Virus record (IMG/VR): IMGVR_UViG_3300010391_000273
Span: 34,576-98,575 of that record
DNA: 64,000 nucleotides
Source: a virus
Direction: 5' to 3' (one strand)
Shown piece by piece: positions 10,847-19,850 of the stretch. The first letter of the stretch is position 1, and each line of letters starts with the position of its first letter. A model generated the notes under the pieces. That model was not told where the DNA came from and did no database searches. It was given only the letters and a program-made list of their open reading frames with translations. The position numbers and the translations under genes were made by a program.

Positions 10847-11137
10847 GTGCCTAACAAGTATGAACTAGGTAATGGTCTCATTCCACTTGGTGCTAAACAT
10901 GGCAGGTACCTCTATATCAAGTATAAGTGCAAGTGTGTAGTGTGTCGTAAAGCGGCTTCAGTCTACCAAGTCGAGAGGGTCAAAGCACTCGTAGCCCAAG
11001 GTAAGTGTAAGTCATGTGGGAAACCTCATGTTGATGGCCTTCAGTATAGGTGCAAGGCTTGCAATGAGAAGTCTACCATCTACAATAGGAAGATGAGGGA
11101 GACTAACAAGCTTTTAAAGACTCTTGGGGTTTTTTAA
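10847..11137 (+). CDS. Cys-rich Zn-binding hypothetical protein
   Basis: HGRY..YKCKCVVC, CKSC, CKAC; GAGG SD. Confidence 0.55.
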   Translation: MPNKYELGNGLIPLGAKHGRYLYIKYKCKCVVCRKAASVYQVERVKALVAQGKCKSCGKPHVDGLQYRCKACNEKSTIYNRKMRETNKLLKTLGVF

Positions 11138-11225
11138 TCATGGAGTTCGGCAACACGGAGATGCCGTGGACGTACAATAAGGCGAAGAAGACGCTCACGC
11201 TGGACGAAGAGGCGTAGGACACATC

Positions 11226-11297
11226 GCGGGGATAGGATGACGTGTTATCCATCGGGCCGCGCCCGAGAGGCTGGTGTGACACCCAGTTCCCCGCACA
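11226..11297 (+). ncRNA. tRNA-like cloverleaf RNA, copy 1 (non-canonical D and T loops)
   Basis: 7-bp stem GCGGGGA/TCCCCGC, arms GGAT/ATCC, TCGGG/CCCGA, GCTGG/CCAGT; homologous to 17859..17930 with compensatory changes. Confidence 0.75.
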
Positions 11298-11524
11298 GTT
11301 TGCCGGTTAGTTCAAAATTGGAGATCGAGTTTGGATAACAAGTAGAAACAAGAAAGCTACTATTGTCCATCTCACTAGTAGTGGATGAAGATTGGAGGGT
11401 TTCTGGCCATTTGCCCTCGCTCATGGCGGGTCGGACTGGGGATCGCGCTGTGGAATACCAGTGCAGGGCTCCTGCCGATGATGGTCCGCTGATTGCACAC
11501 CCAACAACTCAGGAGAAACGAATC

Positions 11525-12394
11525 ATGAAACGATTGACATGGGGATTTCTTGCACTCGTGTGTGTCTACAGTCTGCTCGTCGGCGGGTGTTCGTTGGACA
11601 AGGGGTCCACAGGGCCCTCGGCAGTCGAATTGGGGACTCCGGTGTCGCCAGGATCACAGCTGTACACCCTCGTGGGGAGTCAGTTTTTGGGGACATTGAC
11701 CGCCAATGTGGGTGGCACCAGTGGAACATTGGGCATCCTGTTTACCTCAGAAGGGGGCACCGCTGTGACCGCAACGGTGACGTTCAACGATGGCCAGGGC
11801 TATGTGGGCGATGCCGTAGGGACACTGAGCAACCTCCATACACTCGCGCGCAACGGATTATCGGGTGGCGGGTGTACGGCATGGGAGAGTCAGGGAACGG
11901 TGACGTTGGCTGTGCCGCCTGCTCGCGACACCTACACAGGCTCGTACTACGCCACATGCCACAACAGTCCTTCAGCGGTGTTTGGTGATAGCGGGACGTT
12001 TGCTCTTTCCCGTACAGGGACATTGGGACTTCCGATTCCGCCGCCTCCAGTGATTGTAGACGTGTGTCCTAATCTTGAAGGGACACAGCTTGTCGTGCCA
12101 GCGGGATACGTCCTCACAAATGGGCAGTGTGTCCTGATTCCCCCTCCGCCACCGCCCCCGCTGCTCTGCTCCACGTCCTACTGGAGGATGAACAATGGGA
12201 ACACGAACGCCAAACAGAACAAGTGCGTGAACAACGGTGGTACGTGGCTCGGAGAGTTTGACGTGCCGGGATCAGCAGCCGGTATCGAGCACGACGTATG
12301 CAAGTTCCAACCGAATCCACCGGGCGCACCAGGGAACGATGAGACATTGATCACGCCGCCTGGATTGACGCCGATTGCGTGTCCGATCTCGTAG
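11525..12394 (+). CDS. Pro/Cys-rich lipoprotein
   Basis: AGGAG SD then MKRLTWGFLALVCVYSLLVGG|C lipobox, poly-Pro linkers; GC-rich. Confidence 0.75.
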   Translation: MKRLTWGFLALVCVYSLLVGGCSLDKGSTGPSAVELGTPVSPGSQLYTLVGSQFLGTLTANVGGTSGTLGILFTSEGGTAVTATVTFNDGQGYVGDAVGTLSNLHTLARNGLSGGGCTAWESQGTVTLAVPPARDTYTGSYYATCHNSPSAVFGDSGTFALSRTGTLGLPIPPPPVIVDVCPNLEGTQLVVPAGYVLTNGQCVLIPPPPPPPLLCSTSYWRMNNGNTNAKQNKCVNNGGTWLGEFDVPGSAAGIEHDVCKFQPNPPGAPGNDETLITPPGLTPIACPIS

Positions 12395-12887
12395 GCGACA
12401 ACTAACTACTAGTGAATGACGTGGATTTCACTGCTAGATACTACCCAGATAGGCCTTTAACATGAGGTATTACACATACAACGAGCCTCCAATCGTACCC
12501 GGTGGTACACCCACTCAACCTATTCTTTCAGAGGCCCAGATCCTAGCGATCTACTTCCCATGTTGGTCTAAACAGATGAGGAAGGCAGGCAAACAGAATC
12601 TCATCAGCTTCGAGAATTGCATAAAGGATTGGGTTGTAGTCCATTGGGCTTGGGAAGTCCTTAAGCCATTAGATGTATAATCGTGCATGATCGTAACAGG
12701 AAAAAATTAACCATGATCTCAATCATTCTCGGCTTTACGTTAGGTGGCCTAATCCCGGCCTATATCCTTAAGCATTACCAGGCCTATACATGCCTCGTTA
12801 ACCTAAATTGTAATTGTAAATATGATGAGGATTGGTTAGATTAAGTCTTCTAACAATCATGCAATGATCATCAGTCATGCAATGATC

Positions 12888-13088
12888 GGTAGTAGGTTGA
12901 AAAAGTCTCTCTAAGAACAAGTTAAATCCTCAACCGTGCTGGGAGCTAGGTTGAACTCACTTGTCTATGATCTACTGATCATGTTAGAGAGACCTTTTGA
13001 GCCTACTGCCCGGTCAAACCTCAAGGTAATAGGGTGTGAGGTGCCTTCACCTACCATCTTTCTCCCAACCCATTGGTGGTAGGCTCAA
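12888..13088 (+). ncRNA. candidate structured RNA / conformational switch
   Basis: Long rod GGTAGTAGGTT...GTCTCTCTAA / TTAGAGAGAC...AGCCTACTGCC in a gene-free gap, plus a competing strand at 13075-13088. Confidence 0.5.
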
Positions 13089-13135
13089 CTTTATCATTGC
13101 ATAATGATATGCATGATTATTCTAAGGTGTTTAAC

Positions 13136-13711
13136 ATGATCGCGGCTAAAGTCGTCGTCGTCGTGAAGGATCCGTTTGAAGTCAGTCTCTTAACGAGTGA
13201 GGATGCGAACCTCCTTGTTCGTGGGTCAGGGCGTTTGCAAGATCATGCTGCTCGTCAACTCAAACCTGAGTCTGATCCTTTAGGGCTCCCTGTGAATGAG
13301 TGGCAATGTGTTCATGTGGAGACCACCTACAAACAACAGGATGGAGCACCGAAAGGTGTCACCATTCCACAAAGTTTCCGGTGTACCCACTCTATCGATA
13401 ATGGTGGGTTCCTTTGCTCGTACCATGATCGACACCTTCTCTCAATCAAACTGAGCCCGGTTGACCAAGCCCAGTTCAAACTTTGGTATGAGACTCATGC
13501 CGCTGATATCGTGGTCGATGGCGTGATCAAGGCTGACCAGCGTGAACTTAGGAACTACACCATCCAGAAGCGGTGGGGTCTCAAGATCCACACTTGCCCA
13601 ACGCCGCCACAGCTTGTCAACTCCAAGACTGGAAAGACAAGAGAGATCGCTGTTGACCCTGAATGGGAGAAGGTGGAGCTTGTAGGGGCTGGTCAATCCG
13701 ATGAAGTCTGA
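13136..13711 (+). CDS. hypothetical protein
   Basis: AAGGT SD before ATG 13136; coupled to the next ORF. Confidence 0.6.
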   Translation: MIAAKVVVVVKDPFEVSLLTSEDANLLVRGSGRLQDHAARQLKPESDPLGLPVNEWQCVHVETTYKQQDGAPKGVTIPQSFRCTHSIDNGGFLCSYHDRHLLSIKLSPVDQAQFKLWYETHAADIVVDGVIKADQRELRNYTIQKRWGLKIHTCPTPPQLVNSKTGKTREIAVDPEWEKVELVGAGQSDEV

Positions 13712-14096
13712 GGACTACCTGAACGACATACGGCTTAGCTCATTCAAGCCGCTGAAGACTCTTCCTAAGGAGTCTAAGAAGATTCTCTACATGACTCTCT
13801 TTAATGAGGGTAACAAGGTTCTTAAAGCTTATAACCCATGTCAAATTAAGGATGGGACGTGCGCCGGAAGCTATAAGGATGATATAGGCTTATGCTGTAA
13901 TGGTTGTAAGCACCTTGGACCTCTTGGCTGTACTGTTGAAAGCCTAATGTGTAAGCTTTGGCTTTGTCAAGGTATCATACAAACACCAGCTGGTAAAAGT
14001 GCTATCTTAAGACTGATTCAACTTCACCATGTAGCACGAGCATCTGGTGTACCTCTCGTAATGAGATCTTCATTTGAGGCATCTTTCAATGAATGA
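13701..14096 (+). CDS. Cys-rich hypothetical protein
   Basis: NPCQ...CCNGCKHL...GCTVESLMCKLWLC. Confidence 0.6.
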   Translation: MKSEDYLNDIRLSSFKPLKTLPKESKKILYMTLFNEGNKVLKAYNPCQIKDGTCAGSYKDDIGLCCNGCKHLGPLGCTVESLMCKLWLCQGIIQTPAGKSAILRLIQLHHVARASGVPLVMRSSFEASFNE

Positions 14097-14195
14097 CTAC
14101 CTAGGAGAGCTGGCTCCACTCAAGACTAAGCTTAAAATCTTCTATAAGTGTTTTGAGTGTGGACTCATTCGGCGAAGCCTTTTGGAGACCTAAAT

Positions 14196-14696
14196 ATGCG
14201 TGATTTTATCAAAGTGCCAGCTATGTTTTTTACCTATGGTTTTCTCTGGATCGCGATTCAAGACCGTAGTGTTGATGCTCTCGTGGCGATGATCTTACCT
14301 ATAGTTATCTGGGTCTGGGCAGGCACGACTGGTGAATATCCAACCTTTGATTGCACCTCGTGGGAAAAGAAGCTTGCAAAAGAGATTGAATATGGGATTG
14401 AGCAGACTCAAAAACAAGCAGATGAGCAAGAAAATGATCGACAGAGCGGTATACGGTGGTTCAGAGTTACTACTGGTAAACCATCAGTCCTTGCTCAAGC
14501 GTTCTATGTTCAGGGATCAGCCTATGGACCTCAACGATATTTCAGGGCGAAAAGTTATTCTATTAACTGTGGGGCTCTTGTATTAGAAGGGCCGGTTTTA
14601 CCAAAACGGAGCATTTCTGTTTTTTCTTCTGTATGGTTAGAGGATGCTCCACAGTGTATGTCAGCAGGATCTTGGTGCTCTATAGAAGAAATGTAA
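14196..14696 (+). CDS. membrane protein, hypothetical
   Basis: GGAG SD; two N-terminal hydrophobic segments. Confidence 0.55.
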   Translation: MRDFIKVPAMFFTYGFLWIAIQDRSVDALVAMILPIVIWVWAGTTGEYPTFDCTSWEKKLAKEIEYGIEQTQKQADEQENDRQSGIRWFRVTTGKPSVLAQAFYVQGSAYGPQRYFRAKSYSINCGALVLEGPVLPKRSISVFSSVWLEDAPQCMSAGSWCSIEEM

Positions 14697-14863
14697 GGAC
14701 TGTAATAGAAGGAAATCAGGAAAATAGTATGACCCTTTGGTTCATCTCTGATAGATACAACGGGAGCACGATAAATATCTCCTTTGTTTCCATAACTCAT
14801 TGTAACACACCCTTCACCATCGAATAATCCGGCTAGATATTGAATAGAAACAGTCTTTTTCAT
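14555..14863 (-). pseudogene. truncated LAGLIDADG homing endonuclease remnant
   Basis: QYLAGLFDGEGCV motif, GGGAG SD, own promoter (TTGACA-18-TAGACT, 14896-14925). Similarity is lost after about 40 aa, and the frame then runs antisense into 14196..14696. Confidence 0.65.
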
Positions 14864-14928
14864 TTTTAAATACTCCCAATAAGTTACAAACTTATAGTCT
14901 ACTAGATAATAAAGAAGATTGTCAACAA

Positions 14929-15195
14929 GATTAAACTGTTGAAGATCAACAAACCGCCATTCGGACGGGGCTGCAATGCCCCCGACTCCACCATAACAAA
15001 TTTAATGAGTATGGGGTCGACTTAGTTTCGACGGGTAGCTTAGTAGTTGATTGGAGGTTTAGTCGTAAGACCCACGAAACGGGTCAACCGATAGTCAACG
15101 ACTATCAAATGGCAGCGTAAGCTGCAATCGACTTATAAGGTCTAATCACCTTTAGGTCCGGGTTTTGTGGGTTGTCCTCGGAACAGAATCAACCC
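14929..15195 (+). ncRNA. ssrA: circularly permuted (two-piece) tmRNA
   Basis: 3' acceptor piece ends CGACTCC-A-CCA at 14993; 19-nt spacer; then 5' piece GGGGTCGACTTAGTTTCGAC at 15013 (G3:U70). Tag frame ATAGTC-AAC GAC TAT CAA ATG GCA GCG TAA; terminal pseudoknot. Confidence 0.9.
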
Positions 15196-15216
15196 TCTTT
15201 CAAACAAGTTTTAAGT

Positions 15217-15338
15217 TTGTGGTGTCCAGACTCCTTAGAGGAAGAGGAGACACTCCTCACTTAAGCGGCTTAGGCTAGCAGGCTGACAGACGCTGGATGA
15301 GAGACCCCTTTGGCGTAATAGCACACTAGGCACCACAA
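15217..15338 (+). ncRNA. structured RNA directly upstream of the TerD-domain gene
   Basis: Closing stem TTGTGGTGTCCAG/CTAGGCACCACAA enclosing hairpins GAGGAG/CTCCTC and CTAGC/GCTGG. Confidence 0.6.
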
Positions 15339-15352
15339 TCAATAAGGTTAGA

Positions 15353-17092
15353 GTGTATATGATGAATCCAACTCTAGCTACGATTGACCTGTTCAATGTG
15401 GTAGTTGCCTCTGAGACTGGCTTGAACCTAAGCCATGCTCCCTATGGGTTTGTGACCAACTTCCAGCCCACTCAGGAGCAGATTGAGGTTCTGAGGGAAC
15501 GTTTCAAGGCTCTCTCCATCATCACCCTGTTTTCGGTGAGGGAGCGGGAAACCGCAAGCCTTGACCAACTCCTTCTCAAGCAGCTGCTCCACTATGTCGA
15601 GGTATATGGGTTGGAGAGCCCAGGATTGTTCAATCTTGAGGTGATAGGTGGGAGGGTTCAGACCATCTCCTATGTCAAAGCCATCTCGATAGGTGAGCTA
15701 GACAAAAAGATAACTGAACTACTCTATGCCAATCGCCCCATAGATGATATCGCCCCTGTGCTTGAGATCATCTCACACTACAAGATCCTCTATGACTTTA
15801 ACAAGATCAAGAATAACGAGCTAAAGGTCGCTCTCTTTGATATCTGTAGGGATACATTTGTATCTGGAGATGATGCAGTTCGTTATATCTGCTACAAAGC
15901 TACTAAGAGTACACTCCTTATCAAGAGCAAAGATGTCATTCAAAAGGTAGCAGTCAGTCAGCCTTCTGATGAGTTTCTATCCAAGCATGTAAAGCCATTA
16001 GCGCAGGTATTCAATCGACATAAGAGGATCATCCTCGCCTGTAAGAACAAGCTGAATCGTGGAGTGATTAACCGGATCTCAAAGCTGAGTAAAAAGGCTC
16101 ATGTTCCTATTCATGAGGCAGTTTCCAAGAGATTCATCTCATCAGCAGTTAACGGAAAGGTTCCAACCAATCTTCTCGATACTGAGGCCATCACCCTTCG
16201 TGACAAGCTAAAGTATCTAAACTTGATCGAGTATAGGCTCCTTGAGCTCCCCTTTGATACGTTCCTGATCAGGAATGGAAAGGTGTGGGCTGAGACAGAG
16301 CGAGCCATTCTCGATCCATCTAAGTTGACCACTCTTCGGGAACTTATTCTCAAGTCAATTTGCAAAGATTTGAGTGAACTGAGGGGTAAGTCCATCCTCC
16401 TCGATCCTGCCGTTGATTATGGCTTGCCTACCTCCCGGAAACAAGTTGTAGGACGACTTCCCTTCGGGACACGGGTTGAGGTTGATCCTCATGATGAGGT
16501 ACTTTCAGCTGGAATCTACTGGCATAACGACTCATGGGAGGGTCAATCAATCGATCTAGACCTCTCCGCCATAAGCTCAAGTGGTGGTCGTACTGGGTGG
16601 GGACATTACTCAAGCTTCACATCTAAAGATATCGTGTTCTCTGGAGACATCACGAGTGCTCCTGAGGGCGCTATGGAATTCATGATGGTTCATCCAAATG
16701 AGACCAATCGCTATGGTCTCATGGTGAATGTCTACAAGGGTCCAGATGAGTGTCCTATGGAGATTGTGGTGGGATCTTCTAACAAAAAGGATTGGCTTGA
16801 TCTTGCTATCATTCGTGAGAAGATTGTTCTCAAGTCTAAGCAGAGCATCATTGGCTTCCTAAAGGACGATACCTTTGTCGTGTACACTGGGAGACTCAGC
16901 AATTCAAGGGTCTCGGCTGGAAAGCATCCAGTTATCGACAAGGGCTTAGGCAATCTGTGGACGATCAAGACACTTTTGGATGAGTGTAAGGTCAAGTATG
17001 ATTTTGTTCCCAAGGCGGGATTAGTCTACGACTTCGATCTGACCTATCAAAACTTCTCGCTTGACAAGCTAGAAATCCTCTTGGGCGTCTAA
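15353..17092 (+). CDS. large protein with helical N-terminus and C-terminal TerD-like domain
   Basis: GIYW...IDLDLSA...GW...IVFSGDITSAPEGAMEF...VNVY is a TerD-family signature. Confidence 0.75.
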   Translation: MYMMNPTLATIDLFNVVVASETGLNLSHAPYGFVTNFQPTQEQIEVLRERFKALSIITLFSVRERETASLDQLLLKQLLHYVEVYGLESPGLFNLEVIGGRVQTISYVKAISIGELDKKITELLYANRPIDDIAPVLEIISHYKILYDFNKIKNNELKVALFDICRDTFVSGDDAVRYICYKATKSTLLIKSKDVIQKVAVSQPSDEFLSKHVKPLAQVFNRHKRIILACKNKLNRGVINRISKLSKKAHVPIHEAVSKRFISSAVNGKVPTNLLDTEAITLRDKLKYLNLIEYRLLELPFDTFLIRNGKVWAETERAILDPSKLTTLRELILKSICKDLSELRGKSILLDPAVDYGLPTSRKQVVGRLPFGTRVEVDPHDEVLSAGIYWHNDSWEGQSIDLDLSAISSSGGRTGWGHYSSFTSKDIVFSGDITSAPEGAMEFMMVHPNETNRYGLMVNVYKGPDECPMEIVVGSSNKKDWLDLAIIREKIVLKSKQSIIGFLKDDTFVVYTGRLSNSRVSAGKHPVIDKGLGNLWTIKTLLDECKVKYDFVPKAGLVYDFDLTYQNFSLDKLEILLGV

Positions 17093-17101
17093 TTAGCTCT
17101 T

Positions 17102-17284
17102 GAAGCCAATAGAGTTCCTTAAAATTTAATGCAAATTACTCTACGCTTCTAATTAAAAATATGGTTTAACTGGTCTGTATGAGCAAATAGGGTTCCTTAA
17201 ACTTGGTTATTACCCTACGCCCTTAACCTTTTCTCGACAAACAGAGTTCCTTAAAATTTTATACAAATTACTCTGCGTCGGGAA
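17102..17284 (+). repeat. three tandem structured RNA repeats
   Basis: Units at 17102, 17181 and 17231: stem-MAA-YAGRGT-TCCTTAAA...ATT-ACYCTR-C-stem, with compensatory changes. Confidence 0.85.
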
Positions 17285-17329
17285 TCTCTACTAGGCCTAT
17301 TAGAATAACTCGTCAGATAGGAGCCGCCC

Positions 17330-17854
17330 TTGTTTATTTGTGATGTATGTTCGAAGCCTGTCGGCCCTGGGGTCAAGCCCCTTATGCTCATCCTTCCGAC
17401 TGATATGAGGCAGACTTCCTATCATAATGTGATAGTCGATCCCGAGACTGAGGAGAAGTTTACCAAGGTCTCAAGTGGAAGTGAGTTCATCATCGAGTAT
17501 AAAACGTGTGGTGCGTGTGCTGGAGTGGAAGCGAAGATTCCAACCAAGCCCAACCATACAGGCCACATCAACATCATGAGAGGTATGCAAGCTCATGCTA
17601 AGCTGTGTAAGAAGAAGTTTGACGAGTGTGGTCATTGTCAGGAGAATGTGGAGTTTTTCAAGTCGATTCCACTCGTGACCATAAATTTGGGTCTAACCGA
17701 TCCTATGACAAAGCCTATGAAGGTTAGCATGGCCTACACAGTCGTGGAGAACATGCTCAGAAGGTCTAAGCACACCTCCATGCGGTCCAAGGCAGACTTT
17801 AACGTATCTTACCCCATTCTCAAACAGTATGAGGAACGTGGAGGAAGTCTCTAA
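17330..17854 (+). CDS. Zn-finger hypothetical protein
   Basis: AGGAG SD; CDVC, CGAC, CGHC. Confidence 0.65.
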   Translation: MFICDVCSKPVGPGVKPLMLILPTDMRQTSYHNVIVDPETEEKFTKVSSGSEFIIEYKTCGACAGVEAKIPTKPNHTGHINIMRGMQAHAKLCKKKFDECGHCQENVEFFKSIPLVTINLGLTDPMTKPMKVSMAYTVVENMLRRSKHTSMRSKADFNVSYPILKQYEERGGSL

Positions 17855-17858
17855 AATT

Positions 17859-17930
17859 TCGGGGATAGGATGACGTGTTATCCAACAGGTCGCAACTGTT
17901 AGGCCGGTTTCACACCCGGCTCCCCGAACA
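17859..17930 (+). ncRNA. tRNA-like cloverleaf RNA, copy 2
   Basis: TCGGGGA/TCCCCGA, D-arm GGATGACGTGTTATCC identical to copy 1, AACAG/CTGTT with loop GTCGCAA, GCCGG/CCGGC. Confidence 0.75.
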
Positions 17931-18024
17931 ATAAGTCCGGTCAATATGCAATTTGGAACACGGGGCCACAAACGTTGAGTCCCATCACCTGTGTGTTTAA
18001 ACCGTTGGTGCATCAGGAGTTACA

Positions 18025-18309
18025 ATGTTTACCTTGAAACCGAGCGACCTGTCTATCCTTTCAGAAATCAACGAGCTTTCTCATAGATATGGCGACATTT
18101 CTGGGGCGTACCTATTCAAATTAGGAGAGACGTTTCAATGGATGCCCCTCAAAGACTATCAAAGACGAATAATCAGGCTTGTAGACAACAAATACATCGA
18201 TATTAAAGGCAACTTAGCCTTCCTAACACCTCTTGGGACACGTGCCGTAGGGGGTGTCCTAACGAGGTCGGATGTAGTTGGAGTAGAGACAGAAGCCGAG
18301 CAGGCATAG
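18025..18309 (+). CDS. small winged-helix-like protein
   Basis: AGGAG SD; RRIIRLVDNKYI...AFLTPLG wing motif. Confidence 0.5.
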   Translation: MFTLKPSDLSILSEINELSHRYGDISGAYLFKLGETFQWMPLKDYQRRIIRLVDNKYIDIKGNLAFLTPLGTRAVGGVLTRSDVVGVETEAEQA

Positions 18310-18778
18310 GCTGCTACTTTTTTACCATTTTCCATTGTCCAGCTCATTAGAGGTTCAACCTGTAGCCTATGGTTTCGTCGTTTGACTATACCTAATTTTG
18401 AGTGGTCCTTTAGGTTTAGTTATGTTTATCTTTCCACTACTCCTCGTTTTATGTGCTGTTTGGGGTTTTGGAATTTAGGAAACTTGGAAAAGCTATGCAA
18501 AATTATTGTAATCATGACTAATCCCATTCAAAGGATGAGAGAGCGTGTTTGGAACTACATGAACGAAGACTATGATATTGACGACTCTTATGCTGTCGAT
18601 ATCATGGAAGACTTCTTGAAGATGTTAGGGACAACGCTACCACACTCAGAGAACGATTTTAATAGAGCCTCCATTTTAGACGATCCTAAGATGGAGGAGT
18701 TCCTACTCAATGTCGAGATGAACTTGAGTGGTGGCGGTTAGAGGTTAATCATGCATGATCGTAAGCGGGGTGTAAGTT

Positions 18779-19657
18779 ATGAAGAAGATCATCATGGTAA
18801 CCCTAGGCATGTTGAGTGCTGGCCTTCTGTGTGCCCAAACGGGGAAACTGTATATTGGTCCAGAGAACCCCACAGATACCCGGTGGGCTACTAAAGCAGA
18901 CTTTGATGGCTCCATTATCTTTTGCCGTGGGTTCTATACGAGTGATCGACAAGAGGCTAATGGGGGTGGATGGTGGACCGATTACCCAGGCGGTGATAAC
19001 AATTTCCTTGTGAGACTCTCTGAGTTGACGGAGACTCGGGTAAGGTTCTCCAAGGATCGAATTCCCTTCTTTGTAGTTGTGCATCTGGACGATCCGCTTC
19101 TGTTCAAATGTCCGATCCTGTTTATGGAGGATGTAGGGACAGTACGATTCACCGATCGGCAAGTGGAGATGCTCACACGATATTTTGCTCAAGGTGGCTT
19201 CTTGTGGGTTGATGACTTCTGGGGCTCACAAGCTTGGGAGCAGTGGGAGTATGAGATTCGACGGGTCTTACCATCGGGAACCCATCCGATGTTTGACATC
19301 CCTACCGACCACCCGATTATGCACATGCTGTATGAGGTGCCAAAGATTCATCAGCAGCCCACAATTGGGTTATGGAACACAAGTTGCTCGGGCGATGAGT
19401 TTGACTCTGACGCCACAGTCATTCCATGCCTTGATCAACGCTGGCCCACCTCCGAACGTGGGGCCGACAGCGCAGAAGTCCACTTTAGAGGCATTCAAGA
19501 TGAGAATGGCCACCTCCAAGTCGTCATGACACATAACACAGACATCGCGGATGGCTGGGAAGAGGAAAAGCCCAATAACATGGCCTACATCCATGAGTTT
19601 TCCGCTAAGTGCTACGCGATTGGCGTCAACATCTTTTTATATGCGCTTACCCATTAA
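18779..19657 (+). CDS. DUF4159-family exported protein (host-derived)
   Basis: Signal peptide; WWTDYP, RLSELT, LFKCPILFMEDVG, GGFLWVDDFWG, HNTDIADGWE, GVNIFLYALTH. Confidence 0.85.
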   Translation: MKKIIMVTLGMLSAGLLCAQTGKLYIGPENPTDTRWATKADFDGSIIFCRGFYTSDRQEANGGGWWTDYPGGDNNFLVRLSELTETRVRFSKDRIPFFVVVHLDDPLLFKCPILFMEDVGTVRFTDRQVEMLTRYFAQGGFLWVDDFWGSQAWEQWEYEIRRVLPSGTHPMFDIPTDHPIMHMLYEVPKIHQQPTIGLWNTSCSGDEFDSDATVIPCLDQRWPTSERGADSAEVHFRGIQDENGHLQVVMTHNTDIADGWEEEKPNNMAYIHEFSAKCYAIGVNIFLYALTH

Positions 19658-19850
19658 CAACCGTTTTAGAGGTCTAAATTGAAAGCTACCGAAAAGCGCA
19701 AGATTATTCGGCTGCGTTGGGCACAGAAGATGAAAGAGGGTGACACGAACGATGCTTCAAGTGGCAATTGGGGCAAGGCCGCCAACGCCACCACTGAACA
19801 CCACAATACTTGGGGATCTAGCCACGGAAGATAGTTACTGAGGTCATCTC

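Noticed and set aside
15217-15338. Known riboswitch or RNase P RNA
   Set aside because: Only fragmentary resemblance (GAGGAA, GCGGCTTA, GAGACC); the conserved cores of RNase P, yybP-ykoY, SAM and cobalamin elements are absent.
17102-17284. CRISPR mini-array
   Set aside because: Units covary as RNA helices rather than being identical repeats, spacers are irregular (about 8-31 nt), and no cas operon is present. The Cas4-like gene is an ordinary phage exonuclease.
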